From the NCBI GenBank assembly GCA_002269645.1, contig NIVC01002142.1, positions 1 through 64,000 on the forward strand: DNA of 64,000 nucleotides, in the 5' to 3' direction. The position numbers were made by a program, and so were the translations under genes. The notes beneath the pieces were generated by a model. That model saw nothing but the letters and a program-made list of their open reading frames with translations. It did not search any database and was not told the origin of the DNA. This document shows, in pieces, positions 33,601-46,717 of the stretch (position 1 is the stretch's first letter; the number at the start of each line of letters is the position of its first letter). This DNA comes from Macrostomum lignano (taxonomy: Eukaryota).

Positions 33601-34594
33601 ACACTAACTTTAACGGTTTAGTTATGAGAACTGTGGAGTGTGGACCATCTCTACATGCATGTACCATTGTAAACTCCTTAAATTCACGAAGGCACTTTAA
33701 AATTTATTCAAGTGTAGTAGTATATGCTTTATTAACACAGTGCAAAAATAAATCAAGTCATCCCAAAAGCTTTTGCGCTTATTTTTTGGGTGATTGTTCA
33801 TAACATCCGCTGTTTCACTTTATCCTTCGGAATTTCAAGCATATGATCATGCTTTTTCGCTCTGACTAATTTTAATTCGTAGAAAATTCGCGCAAGAACT
33901 TTCCGAATAACCGGATATTACATTATATTAAACTATAGCCTCAGGTGTAGGAAATTGCACAAAAATATGCGCATGCACACGCTAGCCAAATCTATCTATG
34001 AAAATGTTCACAACATTAGATAAGGAATGCGCCTGACTGCTAAGCAGGAACTGACGTAAATAGAAAATAAAAACATAGGAAAGATAAAATAACTGAATTT
34101 TTTTCAATCTCCGTGAAACAGTGCGCGCACAATGGATTTCATAGGGAATGCACTATAGATTAAAATGAATTTTCAAAGTGCATCCACTCAGCATTCGAGC
34201 TGTCACTTACAGGGCTCAGACTATAATAACTAATATTACTAGGAAACTGTGACTCATTGCAATTAAAACAAGCAGATTAAAAAAATGCGCAGTACTAGCT
34301 AAATGTCAATACTATCAAATAACAATTTGTAGCTACATTTGATAATAATGATAATCCAAGATTAAAACATCAATAAAGGGAATTATAATTAGACAGTCGC
34401 GTTAAACAAAAATACCTACTGACGAGCCGTAATCCAAGTAAGATTATATATGTATATTTATTTTTATCGTATCAAAAATTATAATAATACACCGAGGCGA
34501 TACTATGAGCTGGAAACAGCTGATCATGGATAGAAAATAACAGACATATGCATAAGATTACCAATTAAAATTTAGCGTTTAATTATCGCATTGT

Positions 34595-37500
34595 CTATCC
34601 GGAATTTATTGAAGACTCGCGTGGAATCTCCTGATGTTGCGGCGGCTGCTGCTGCTGCTGCTGCTGAAGCTGCTGCTGCGACTGACTGCCGGACAGTCTG
34701 GAAGCCGCCTTGGACGACAGGCCGGACAGAAAGCCGGACATGGCGCTTCCGGCGTTGTAGATGGCGCCGCCTGTTTGTGAAAATGGGGATCAGATCAGTC
34801 TCCCCTCTCCCACCCATTTCCTCACCTGTCTCCCCTCCCCCACCCATTTCCTCACCTGTCTCCCCTCCCCCACTCATTTCCTCACCTGTCTCCCCTCTCC
34901 CACCCATTCCTCACCTGTCTCCCCTCTCCCACCCATTTCCTCACCTGTCTCCCCTCTCCCACCCATTCCTCACCTGTCTCCCCTCTCCCACCCATTTCCT
35001 CACCTGTCTCCCCTCCCCCACTCATTTCCTCACCTGTCTCCCCTCTCCCACCCATTCCTCACCTGTCTCCCCTCTCCCACCCATTTCCTCACCTGTCTCC
35101 CCTCCCCCACTTATTTCCTTACATGTCTCCCCCCACCCATTCCTCACCTGTCTCCCCTCTCCCACCCATTTCCTCACCTGTCTCCCCTCCCCCACTCATT
35201 TCCTTACATGTCTCCCCCCACCCATTCCTCACCTGTCTCCCCTCTCCCACCCATATCCTCACCTGTCTCCCCTCCCCCACTCATTTCCTCACCTGTCTCC
35301 CCTCTCCCACCCATTCCTCACCTGTCTCCCCTCTCCCACCCATATCCTCACCTGTCTCCCCTCCCCCACTCATTTCCTCACCTGTCTCCCCTCTCCCACC
35401 CATTCCTCACCTGTCTCCCCTCTCCCACCCATATCCTCACCTGTCTCCCCTCTCCCACCCATTTCCTCACCTGTCTCCCCTCCCCCACTCATTTCCTCAC
35501 CTGTCTCCCCTCTCCCACCCATTCCTCACCTGTCTCCCCTCTCCCACCCATTTCCTCACCTGTCTCCCCTCCCCCACTCATTTCCTTACATGTCTCCCCC
35601 CACCCATTCCTCACCTGTCTCCCCTCTCCCACCCATTTCCTCACCTGTCTCCCCTCTCCCACCCATTTCCTCACCTGTCTCCCCTCTACCTTTCAATCCC
35701 TCTCTCGATCTCTGGCATTTGCCGAACTCTATATGCACTCATAAAGCGGCGCGTCTCACTTACCAACCACTTTACCGGTGTCTTCTAGAGCTCTGCCAGT
35801 CGACTGCACAGCGCTAGACACCTTTCTGCCTTGGTCTGTGCCCGTTAAAAACCTGGAGAAGAAAAAATTATAACACAAATAAGCACAAAATTTAGACTTA
35901 CATCTGTCAAATCTTTAAGCACAAGTCCCAAATCAAACGAAAGTCCAAATTCATGTAAAAAGCTTAAACTTCTCCCCATTCTCTCTACTTCTCACTATTC
36001 TCTTTGCTTCTCACCATTCTCTCTACTTCTCACCATTCTCTCTACTTCTCACCATTCTCTCTACTTCTCACCATTCTCTCTACTTCTCGCCATTCTCTCT
36101 ACTTCTCGCCATTCTTTCTACTTCTCACCCATTCTCTCTACTTCTCACCATTCTCTCTACTTCTCACCATTCTCTCTACTTCTCACTATTCTCTCTACTT
36201 CTCACCATTCTCTCTACTTCTCACCATTCTCTCTACTTCTCACCATTCTCTCTACTTCTCGCCATTCTCTCTACTTCTCGCCATTCTTTCTACTTCTCAC
36301 CATTCTCTCTACTTCTCACCATTCTCTCTACTTCTCCCGATTCTATCTACTTTTTAAGTTCTCATTGTTCTCTCTACTTCCCATTGGATCTCCCTGCAGC
36401 TAAGTTGGGCCAATTCAGGCCGCCAATCCTGTCTTCAACTCCAATTTCGCATGCCTCGCCCGATACAGAAACACAAAGCCAAGTCACCGCTCACTGGTTC
36501 AGCCTGACGCCCAGCGCGCTCTGACCGTGGCATGGATGCCGCCTGGACGCGCCAGCAAGGCCGTGGCGCGGACCGGCTAGCCAGGCCCGATAGTGAAAGG
36601 TGGCCCGTAGGGCTCGCACGTAGCTGGCGTTGAAGTCGCCTTCCTCGCTGGATGAGCCGCTGCCGCCGCCGCCTCCTCCTCCGGATTCGTCGAGAGACGA
36701 GTTGGAGGCGGCGGGCTCGGCCCCAGCGGCGCCGCTGCTGGAGTCGGCCGTCAGTAGCAAAGCGGTGAGGTAGGCGCGAAACTGGGCCCGCAGCCAGTCG
36801 TCTGAGCCTTCCCATTCTGCAGAGTAGCGAAATAGAAATATAAGACTAAAATAGCGGCGCTAGGCTGACTAATAACACATGCGCCAAAACAAGTAGTATA
36901 TAGGGAGTTTTTCGGGGAATTTTAAAATCCCAGGGAGGGCGGCGATGCCCCAGCAGCTGAGGATCTGGGAGGCTGGCACAGAAACTGAGGATCTGGGAGG
37001 CTGGCCCAGCAGCTGAGGATCTGGGAGGCTGGCACAGCAACTGAGGATCTGGGAGGCTGGTCCAGCAGCTGAGGATCTGGGAGGCTGGCCCAGCAACTGA
37101 GGATGTGGGAGGCTGGTCCAGCAGCTGAGGATCTGGGAGGCTGGTCCAGCAGCTGAGGATCTGGGAGGCTGGCCCAGCAGCTGAGGATCTGGGAGGCTGG
37201 TCCAGCAGCTGAGGATCTGGGAGGCTGGTCCAGCAGCTGAGGATCTGGGAGGTATGTGTCTTAAAAGCCCCTACCGGATCCAGCAAACAGATCTTCATCC
37301 TCCAGCGTCAGCTCTCCGTCGGCATTATCAGCCGTTGCCGCGCCCGCCGACGTCGCCTTGTCCAGCAGGCGCTGAATGAATGCCTCGTCGGGGCCGGTCA
37401 GCCGCAGCAGGCGGGCCAGGCCGCGGTCGTAGATGGCGAAATCGGCGGCGTCGGCGCCAAGCAGAGCGTCGATTCGGCGCCGAGTCTGCGGCTGCCTGAA

Positions 37501-40500
37501 AAGTACATTGTTGGCGCCGAGCAGGCAGGCGCGCACGTTGGCGTCCTCTAGCAGGCCGATCTGCTGCAGTGACACGTAGGGCAGGAAGATGGCCGACTCG
37601 GCGAACAGGGCCAGCGGGAAGCCGCAGTCGTCAATGTCAAAGGGGCTTCGCGGAGGGGGTGGAGACGGCGATCGAGGCTGCTGCTGCTGCTGCGGTTCAG
37701 CAGCCGGATGCTCCGCTGTCGCTGCAGCCGCGCCTGGAATTCCGGCGCTGGAGACGCGGGCGATGCCGGCACGGACGCTGGAGATGAGGCCGGTGGCGGC
37801 GCCGCCCAGCGCGTCCTGAAGGCGGCCGTGCGGCTGCGACTCCTTCGATGCCGGTGTTGACGGCGGCGGCGGTGGAGTCGGCGTAGTTGGCGAAGCCGCC
37901 GTCGACGGCAAAGCGTCGGTGTCACGCTCGATGCTCACAAAGTCGGAGTCGGAGAGATTCCTGGAATGAGAAAAAGGTTTTGTCACCTAACTATTACTTA
38001 TATTGCCCAGCAACTGAGGATCTGAGAGGCTGGCTTAGCAACTTTGGATCTGGGAGGCTGGCACAGCAACTGACACTCTGGGAGGCTGGCCCAGCAACTG
38101 ACACTCTGGGAGGCTGGCTTAGCAACTTTGGATCTGGGAGGCTGGCCCAGCAACTGAGGATCTGGGAGGCTGGCCCAGCAACTGAGGATCTGGGAGGCTG
38201 GCCCAGCAACTGACACTCTGGGAGGCTGGCTTAGCAACTTTGGATCTGGGAGGCTGGTCCAGCAACTGAGGATCTGGGAGGCTGGCCCAGCAACTGAGGA
38301 TCTGAGAGGCTGGCTTAGCAACTTTGGATCTGGGAGGCTGGCACATCAACTTCGCGTGTAGGAGTGTCATCTTCAAAAATGAAACGCACCGAAAATTATA
38401 GCGACTCTTGAAGACAGCGCCGCAGCGGCTGAGGCCGCATTCAATGAGGCTCGGATACAGAGAAGCCAGAGTCAGCAGAGTGTTGCCAAGCTGCGAGGCC
38501 GGGTTCATGTGCACCAGAACACGACGCTCCAACAGGATCAGTTTAAACAGCACTAGCAGCTTTTGACGGTAGCGCAGCAGCAGTTCCTTGACTGATAAGC
38601 CTATTTGCAATGAGTAAAATTTCCAGGATTATAAGATTAGTATAGGCTTATTAAAGACGACTTTTAGCGGTCAGAGCATGAATCTCAGTGATTAGGGCAT
38701 GAATCTCAGTGGTTAGGGCATGAATCTCAGTGGTTGGGGCATGAATCTCAGTGGTTGGGGCATGAATCTCAGTGATTAGGGCATGAATCTCAGTGATTAG
38801 GGCATGAATCTCAGTGATTAGGGCATGAATCTCAGTGATTAGGGCATGAATCTCAGTGATTAGGGCATGAATCTCAGTGATTAGGGCATGAATCTCAGTG
38901 ATTAGGGCATGAATCTCAGTGATTAGGGCATGAATCTCAGTGATTAGGGCATGAATCTCAGTGATTAGGGCATGAATCTCAGTGATTAGGGCATGAATCT
39001 CAGTGATTAGGGCATGAAACTCAGTGATTAGAGCATGAATCTCAGTGGTTAGGGTATGAATCTCAGTGGTTAAGGTACGGATTCAGACGTTATCTTACGC
39101 TCGTACATAATAACCCCGACATAGAAGTGGGAATCTGGGATGTCAGGACGCTCCATTAGGCCAAGTTTTTATCTAGAATTGGCGATGAAAGCAAGCAACT
39201 ATACCTGAAAACACCTGAGTAGACACCGAATTCTTAGTGACAGCTCGTTTAAAATCCATAAAAGTTTCCTCCATAATTTCTACTCGACTGAAATCGCGCA
39301 GCTCAAAGTAGGACTCCGCCACGTGACTCAGCCGCTGCCTGATGGCGCCAAATAGCGGAGCCCGGCTGACTACGACAACAGACTTCTGCACCGAGCTGCG
39401 CGTCACGTCCTCGGACTTGGATACCAGCTTCTGCGGGAACAGTGAGGACCTGGATTTCTATTCACCTGTTGCGCAGGAGACTAAATTAACCGCATCTACA
39501 AAGCTATTGTGGAAGACCCATGATCCCCTAGCAGACCACACCTATCCCCATGATCCCCTAGCAGACCACACCTATCCCCATGATCCCCTAGCAGACCACA
39601 CCTATCCCCATGATCCCCTAGCAGACCACACCTATCCCCATGATCCCCTAGCAGACCACACCTATCCCCATGATCTCCTAGCAGACCACACCTATCCCCA
39701 TGATCCCCTAGCAGACCACACCTATCCCCATGATCTCCTAGCAGACCACACCTATCCCCATGATCCCCTAGCAGACCACACCTATCCCCATGATCCCCTA
39801 GCAGACCACACCTATCCCCATGATCCCCTAGCAGACCACACCTATCCCCATGATCCCCTAGCAGACCACACCTATCCCCATGATCCCCTAGCAGACCACA
39901 CCTATCCCCATGATCCCCTAGCAGACCACACCTATCCCCTTGATCCCCTAGCAGACCACACACACCTATCCCCATGATCCCCTAGCAGACCACACACACC
40001 TATCCCTATGATCCCCTAGCAGACCACATTTATCCCAATGATCCTCCAACAGGCCACATCTACCCTCCATGATATGATGTACCGCAGCAATCTCACATCG
40101 GAGTCGATCTGCCTGTAGCAAGCCACGCAAAACACAGATCGTTCACGATCTGTCAGAGATGGCAGCACAAAATAGACATGATCTGGAATAAATAATAACA
40201 TACATACACATAAGTAACACAGTTTAAGCTATTCAACTGATACACAGTGATCAAATTCAATAATAATCAAAGAAAAGCACCCTGCTCATAATTATGGGCT
40301 CCATCTGGCAGGGCCAAATATGGCAGATTTTGCCACTCCTCTGGCAGCTCGCTGGCATCGTGGCCTTGACCAGGAAATAGTGGCGGATAGCAGTACTCCA
40401 ACTAAAATATAAGTATATATATAGTTTTGCTAAATTTAGTTAAGGTACTAGACAAGGGTAGACAACCTGTACCCTGCCCCATAAGTTCTTCATATCATAT

Positions 40501-43500
40501 TCAGCTCTTAAACCTTAGCAAATAGCAACTATAGAGTTGCAATATGACATACTTAAGCAAATGCAATATACATTTCCAAACATAAATGCTAGCCAAAAAA
40601 ATTTTTTGTTTAATCTTCCTCTTAGTCCTTTCATACCTTAACTCTCTTCCTCTCATTTTCCTCTCACTCTTCTTTTTGCTATCTATTGTCATCTTTTCTC
40701 TCATACAGATTACAAATAACAAAATTACAAATAAATACAAATTGTGTTTATATCATCCATGCACAACACCTGGCCAACCCTGTCAGCTAGCAAGGGGCCC
40801 AGCCAAGGTAAGTGTAAAAAATGTCTACCCAAAATATAGACAGTACTAATTAGATAATGAGGCATTTAGCCTTAGAAATACAATGATAGCTACTGCTGTC
40901 ATTTACCCAAAATTTGGTTAATTTTTGCTTTACAGTTTCTTTTACAGGTAAGTTGCATTTTCAGTCAAAAAGTAAGTTGCATAACCAGTATAAATCAAGA
41001 GGGTTATGCATGCATGATTTATATAAATAGGCTAATCTATTGTCATCTATACAATTCATATACCTTTCAAAAAGTCTAGTAATTGGGATAGACTTAAAAG
41101 TTTTAGAAGACTTGAAAGATTTTTCCTAATAATGCTTATGACATAAGCTTTTAGGCATTAAAATATATATGACTATATACTTATATGGCTTCCCAATAAG
41201 TATTTATACCAAAAAATAATTTTTCTAATATATTAGAACAGGTTGTTATTTCATATATGACCTTCATATAACTATACAATTTTAGACTTCACCTGGCCAT
41301 TTCTATTGAAAAAAACATAAGTTGTTATTAGGCAAAAATAGCTATAATTCGTATTGTAACTTTTTTATCTGATAGAGATTCATAGTTTGTTAAAATAATG
41401 ATGATTCTAAATTCTGCATCTTTATACATATATAACTTAATTATTGAATAATTAGTAGGCCTATAGACCTATCTTATTATTTATATATAGGCTAGATTAT
41501 TAATTCAAAAACCAATATATATTATACTTACATTGTTAACTAGATAATATGCATCTAATTATAAAGAAGATAAATTCAAATCTAGCCCAATTAATTTTTA
41601 AAAGTTTATAGGCCTACTAAATAGGGCTATCCTGCAGAATCATTCATTAAATTATTTTCTCAATGGGAACAACTTGTGTCTTAACTCTAAAGTTTAGAAC
41701 AATGTAAGAAAGTAACATTGAAATGACAAATGTAAACTAGATACCAAGTTAGTTTGCTATAGTCATGTCTTCACATACTTGACATATTTAGAGTGAGTGG
41801 CCAAGTAGGTAATAGTGGACAACCTAGTAGTACTAGGTGAATATTGGGCAAAATTAATGCAAACATGCATCTGAATTCGCATGGTAACATGTCCATAATT
41901 CCAAAAAAATGATGTCTGTTGGCATGCCCTTAATAATAAAGTGATGTGGCATGGCATGAACCATACATGCGCAACAGTCGGCCAAGTTGGCCTATCCGGC
42001 CGACCAATTTGGCGGCCACCCAAGGAAGTTGCAAAAATGCCCACCCAAAAAAAACACAAAGAAGTAGTACTAAATAGCTGACAAGGCTTTTTAAGACAGT
42101 CATAGTTACTCCTGCCGTTTACCCAAAGTTGCGTTAATTTTGCTTTCAGGTTTTTTTTACATGTAAGTCGCATTTTTGGCCAGAAACTATGTTGCATTTT
42201 TGTTAAAACTAAGTTGCACGGCCGATCAAATTTTGGAGGTTGGGCATGTATGGCATGAACTACAGTTTGAGAAAATGTCTATGGCCAAAATCACTACATC
42301 AACTCTGTGCATTTAAAGGGAGATAGGCTTGGGGTTAGAAATTTTAGCTGCCAAGCTGAGAATACTGGGATTCAAGTGCTCTTCACTTCAAAATGGCTGG
42401 ATAACCTTCTATCCCAACATGGATTGTGCCACCTCAAGATGTTTGTCCCAGTGCTGGAATTCGTAAAGATGTGACTATAAATATAACAAACTAACTCAGC
42501 ATCTAGTACACATTTTGTCATTTCAATGTTACTTTCTTACATTGTTCTAAACTCAAAAGTCAAGATGCAAGCTATTCCCATTGAAAAAACAATTCAACGA
42601 ATGCTTCTGCAAAACCAGTGTGCGGATCATGTACCCGTGTACGCCGGAAAAAATTCGGGCGTCAAGGACTTTGTACGCCAGTGTACGCCAAAAACAAAAA
42701 GTTGCACTAAAATGTACACCAAAAATTCCTAAAAAAAGGTCATTCGGTTTTCACGAGTAGAGTTTTCTAGGAAATGCTTTGGTATGAAAAGTGTCTTTAA
42801 AATATTACGAATTTTTTCAGTTTAAACAAACTTAAATAATACCTACAAAAAAAATTATGAAAAATTAATACTTACAGCAAAATTTTACACTAATTTAATT
42901 TTTTTTAACTTAAAATAAGCAAAAAGTTTATCATTGACGATATAAATTTTCCTTTACTTTACGTAAAAACGTTAATTTACTTTACAATTTTCATGCACGG
43001 CATGAATTTATTCACCAAAATTTGTACGCCAAAAAAGTATGCGTGGCTGTGTTACTTGTGTACGCCAATAGTGTACGCCAACAAAGTGCGCCAGGGGTTG
43101 TGTACGCCGATTGTGTACGCCAAGGACTTAGGGTGGCCGTTTTGTACGCCGGAAAAGTTCCGGCGTACATGCATACCATCCGCAACCTGGCTGCAAAATA
43201 GGCCCTAGCCCTAAATGGAAATATTGTTAAAAGACCTTTAAATGCAACTAAAGTTACCCTTAACTGCAAAAAGGCCTACTCCTTGTACTGCTTTCCTTGT
43301 AATAAAAGCTAAAGTATTTTCTAATATATTTAAAAAAGCCCTACAGCTAACGGTGTTTTAAGCCATACTATATTTTAAATCATGTTATAATTTATATAGT
43401 AGACTAGGAATAAAAGTGTTTTTATCATTTAGCTTGTCCATTATAAAGATGAATTTTAATTCACTACATACACAATAACAAATCCATTCTCTAAAAAAGT

Positions 43501-43614
43501 ATTTTTACACTTAGATTTAGGCCTTGGGGGCTAGGCCCACACACTTACTTGAACTCCCCGCTTGTGATGAAATCCAACAATCAGAATATTCAGAATATAT
43601 GAATCATCCATCAT
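34595..43614 (-). CDS. AVL9: AVL9 late secretory pathway protein (DENN-like). Exons 43614-43549, 40401-40281, 40182-40097, 39430-39205, 38600-38390, 37960-37275, 36816-36495, 35852-35764, 34770-34595
   Basis: IVGFHHKRGVQ, LPEEWQNLPYLALPDGAHNY, CYRQI, VQKSV, FKLILLERRVL, LPYVSLQQ...GANNVLFRQ and WEGSDDWLRAQF all match recalled AVL9 motifs. Splice phases are consistent. Confidence 0.93.
34795..35690. repeat. ~29-bp C-rich minisatellite in the last AVL9 intron (CCTCACCTGTCTCCCCTCTCCCACCCATT)
   Basis: About 30 tandem units; source of the spurious ORFs at 34591-35817. Confidence 0.95.
35975..36345. repeat. 19-bp minisatellite (TTCTCTCTACTTCTCACCA)
   Basis: Tandem units in an AVL9 intron. Confidence 0.93.
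36950..37255. repeat. Dispersed ~28-bp minisatellite family, copy 2
   Basis: Same GAGGATCTGGGAGGCTGG core as 13355-13890. Confidence 0.93.
38005..38345. repeat. Dispersed ~28-bp minisatellite family, copy 3
   Basis: Same core, with ACACTCTGGG and CTTAGCAACTTTGG variants. Confidence 0.93.
38677..39070. repeat. 21-bp minisatellite (GGCATGAATCTCAGTGATTAG)
   Basis: Tandem units in an AVL9 intron. Confidence 0.95.
39518..40030. repeat. 30-bp minisatellite (CCCATGATCCCCTAGCAGACCACACCTATC)
   Basis: Near-perfect tandem units in an AVL9 intron. Confidence 0.95.
42605..43200. repeat. TGTACGCC-rich element with imperfect inverted ends, possibly a non-autonomous DNA transposon
   Basis: Clusters of TGTACGCC at both ends. 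TGCAAAACCAGTGTGCGGAT at the left resembles the reverse complement of ATCCGCAACCTGGCTGCA at the right. Confidence 0.4.
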
Positions 43615-46600
43615 TAGTACTGAATGAAAAAGGTTGTCTTGATAACAAAAGCTGTAGACAGTCAATCTTACACCAACAGATTAAAAAAAGTAATGTAACG
43701 ACTTTCACAAAAATTCTAATTATTGTTTGTATAGTGATTACGGTCAATTATAACATTTTCCTCTTTTCTAGGAAAAGCATAATTTTTAATTTTTGTCGCA
43801 TATGATGCTGGTTTAAAATCAAGCTTCCTTTTTTTGCTAATTTTAGAGAAAACAAATATTAAAGGCCACAAACATTTTTCAGTAATAATTTTTTTAGATG
43901 GACTTACTCTATTCGCCTTTTTTATTTTCGTTTTTTATTTTCGACCAAAAAGTTTGTCAATATGACTTTTGTTTTCTCCGAAATGACTGGTTTCCAGGGT
44001 TCCAGTTGTCAGAAATGCTACAAAAACTAAAGCTAAATGGGCATAATAAATTGCAGAGTAAAAGTTTGCATGTTAAGGCCAATGGGGAGTGCTGCTATAG
44101 TGCTAGGCCTTATATACATCCTGACTTTCCAAATCGAATTTAGACCTAGTCCGGCTTAGATGCGATTTCACATCCTAGCACCAGAAAAAAACCTAGGACA
44201 CTATTAACCTTAACCTAGACATTTATATTTATTCTTATATTTCATTTTTATTAGAGATATTAGACTTATAAAATATATGAGGCCCTGAGGGGCACTAAAA
44301 AGTTCTGAGCCTTGGTGTGAAGGAGAGAGAATTTGGGCAAATGCATTCAGCTATTTTCTACATAGTCTCCCTTGACCAAGATGCACTTGTGACATCTTGA
44401 TTGCAGTGCTTTGATGCCACTCTGAAAGAAAGAACTAAATTGAGCACTCCTCTAACCAGGAGGTTGCATCATCTTTCAGTGCATCATCAGTGTTGAATTG
44501 CTGCCTATAAGTGCCTAGGCCAAGTGCTTAAAATGCAAAAACAAGTGAAAGTTGCTAGGGGCAAGGTCTGGTGAATGGGCAGGGTAGGGCAGCTCTCAGA
44601 ATCCTGCAATGCTGACAGCTGCCTTTGCCAGCCCATTGGTATGGGCAGATGCAGTGTTGTGCAGTAGTACTATAGTTGATTTTCCTTGATTGCTGTGCAT
44701 AGATAGGTGATCAGATTGGCGTTGTAGGCACCTGCGACTGTTTGCTTATGTGGCAGAAAGTCCAGCAGCAGTGGGCCTTTGGCATCTCAAAAGATAGTGA
44801 GCATTATCTTGCCTGCACTGCATACAGATACAATCTATGTGACTATGTCTTTAATGATAGGCCTACAGATGAACCAAGTGGCAACCATTGCTTCAACTCT
44901 TCCTTTGACTTGGGATCATGGACATGGTGGGGTGGTGGATCCATGTCTCATCACCAGTCATACAGCAAGATAGAAAGCTAGCAGGATCTAGATCGTAAGT
45001 TTGCAAGACAAGTTTTGTATATTGTAACTGTGTAGATTTCTGGTCACTTGTCAAGATTTGTGGGATCTATTAGGCTAAGACCTTTGACAAATAAAGATGC
45101 TAGTATAGGATCTTAATAACCTGTGGTCAAAGAGCCTAGTGTCTACTGCAAGTTCCCTGACCTTTACCTATTAGTTGCTATCTATCAACTAGGGTCTGGA
45201 TACATAGGATATTGTCAGCAATGATAATAGGCCTAGTCTAAGTGCATCCACATTGAGGGTCATCCTCTAGAGTTGTGGCCACACTTGAACTCGGATTCTT
45301 AACACTTGATAGTGACATATGAGGGGGTAGCCCCAGCATACACACCAGCCATACAACTTTGGATTTCAGTAGGTTTTGAGCTTTCTAAGATCAGGAATTT
45401 GATTATTTCCCTATACTTAGTCTTCAGTTCTTGAGAATTTGCCATAAGTAGCTAGAAGTATTAAGGTGCTATGGAACTTAAGCAATGCCTAGAGAGCTGA
45501 AAATTTTGTCAAAGAATATTAATATATTGTTTTAGAGCATAGGTTTTTAGCACTTTGTGACCATGGAATCTTAGTCAGGCTTAGAACTTTTTAAGTGCCC
45601 CTTGTAAGCCTAATACATAGTAGGCCTACGAGTATAAGGATCTATAGGTTAGCCAGTTTCCAGTTCATTTATTTGCTAATAATTTGTCTATTGAGTAGTC
45701 AAAAAAGACCTTTTTCTAAAACTGTTTGTCTGCTAAGAAATGGGTATAGGGATTGGAAGTGGAATAAGGAGCTGCTTAACAATCTTTGTTTTTTTAAAAC
45801 ACTGGGTCTTCTATCATTTTATGAAACTATTTTATAATAAAGTCTTAAATAATAATAATAGCTAAACTAAAAACTAGCCAAATGGAAATGGTAAAACATG
45901 CTAAAAAGTAGGCTAAAAATCAACAAATTTGATATATATAGGCCTAATCAATATAAAATATAAGTTTGTCTATTCCATTCTATTTCTATCCTTATCCCTA
46001 TTTTCTCATTGTTATTTATTTTTATTATATATAGTTTCAGTTTTTTGTGCTTAACTAATATAGGCCTAGGCCTATCTTAGTTTATTAGGCCATGTAATTG
46101 ATTATTTAAAAATGATGTTTGTTGATATATTGTTTTGTTGATATACCTATTGTCTAGCAAATTTTTGTAGGAATGCTATTAGAAACCATCATAGTATAGA
46201 TAGAGCCTATTATAATAACTTGGGTTCCACTATAACCAATTTTTTCTATATCTATAGGCCTAGCCATGTCTAATTTTTTCTTTTAGCCTATCTATATAAC
46301 TAATGAATTTCTTATAACTTTGGCATTAAAGTAATATCATGTAGTTTTGCCTATTAGTCATTAATAGATCTCATTTTCTATGCAAAAAATGCTAGGGATT
46401 GCATTTATCTTATCTTTAGCCTCTACTATCCCAACAATACCATGTGCATATTTTGAAAATCTGCAATTTAAAACCCTAACCTTAGGGACTTAAGAACTTC
46501 CCTAGGTCACTAAAGCCTTTTGCATTGCAAATAAAAAACCACTTGTCTTACTTTTGACCCCTTTTATCATAACTACAATATGCACATAGTATTGAAAATC

Positions 46601-46717
46601 TCTACTGCTTAAGTCTTTAACACCAGAATTTTGGTGTCATGACAAACTCTCTGATGCAAAATTTGATTACCTTTACCTTGGCCCTTCAGCACAGCGCCTT
46701 TCCCCTGCATAGCAACA

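Noticed and set aside
30700-34500. AT-rich intergenic stretch searched for additional propeller-gene or RING/B-box exons
   Set aside because: No convincing coding exon or Cys/His zinc-finger pattern found by eye.
38677-40030. Regular repeat arrays as a possible CRISPR
   Set aside because: Units are contiguous with no unique spacers, there are no cas genes, and the context is eukaryotic introns.
44300-45550. Possible heavily decayed LINE reverse transcriptase (faint GHPLEL and GxxxxS-like traces)
   Set aside because: No open frame or clear YADD motif, so it is too degraded to support by eye.
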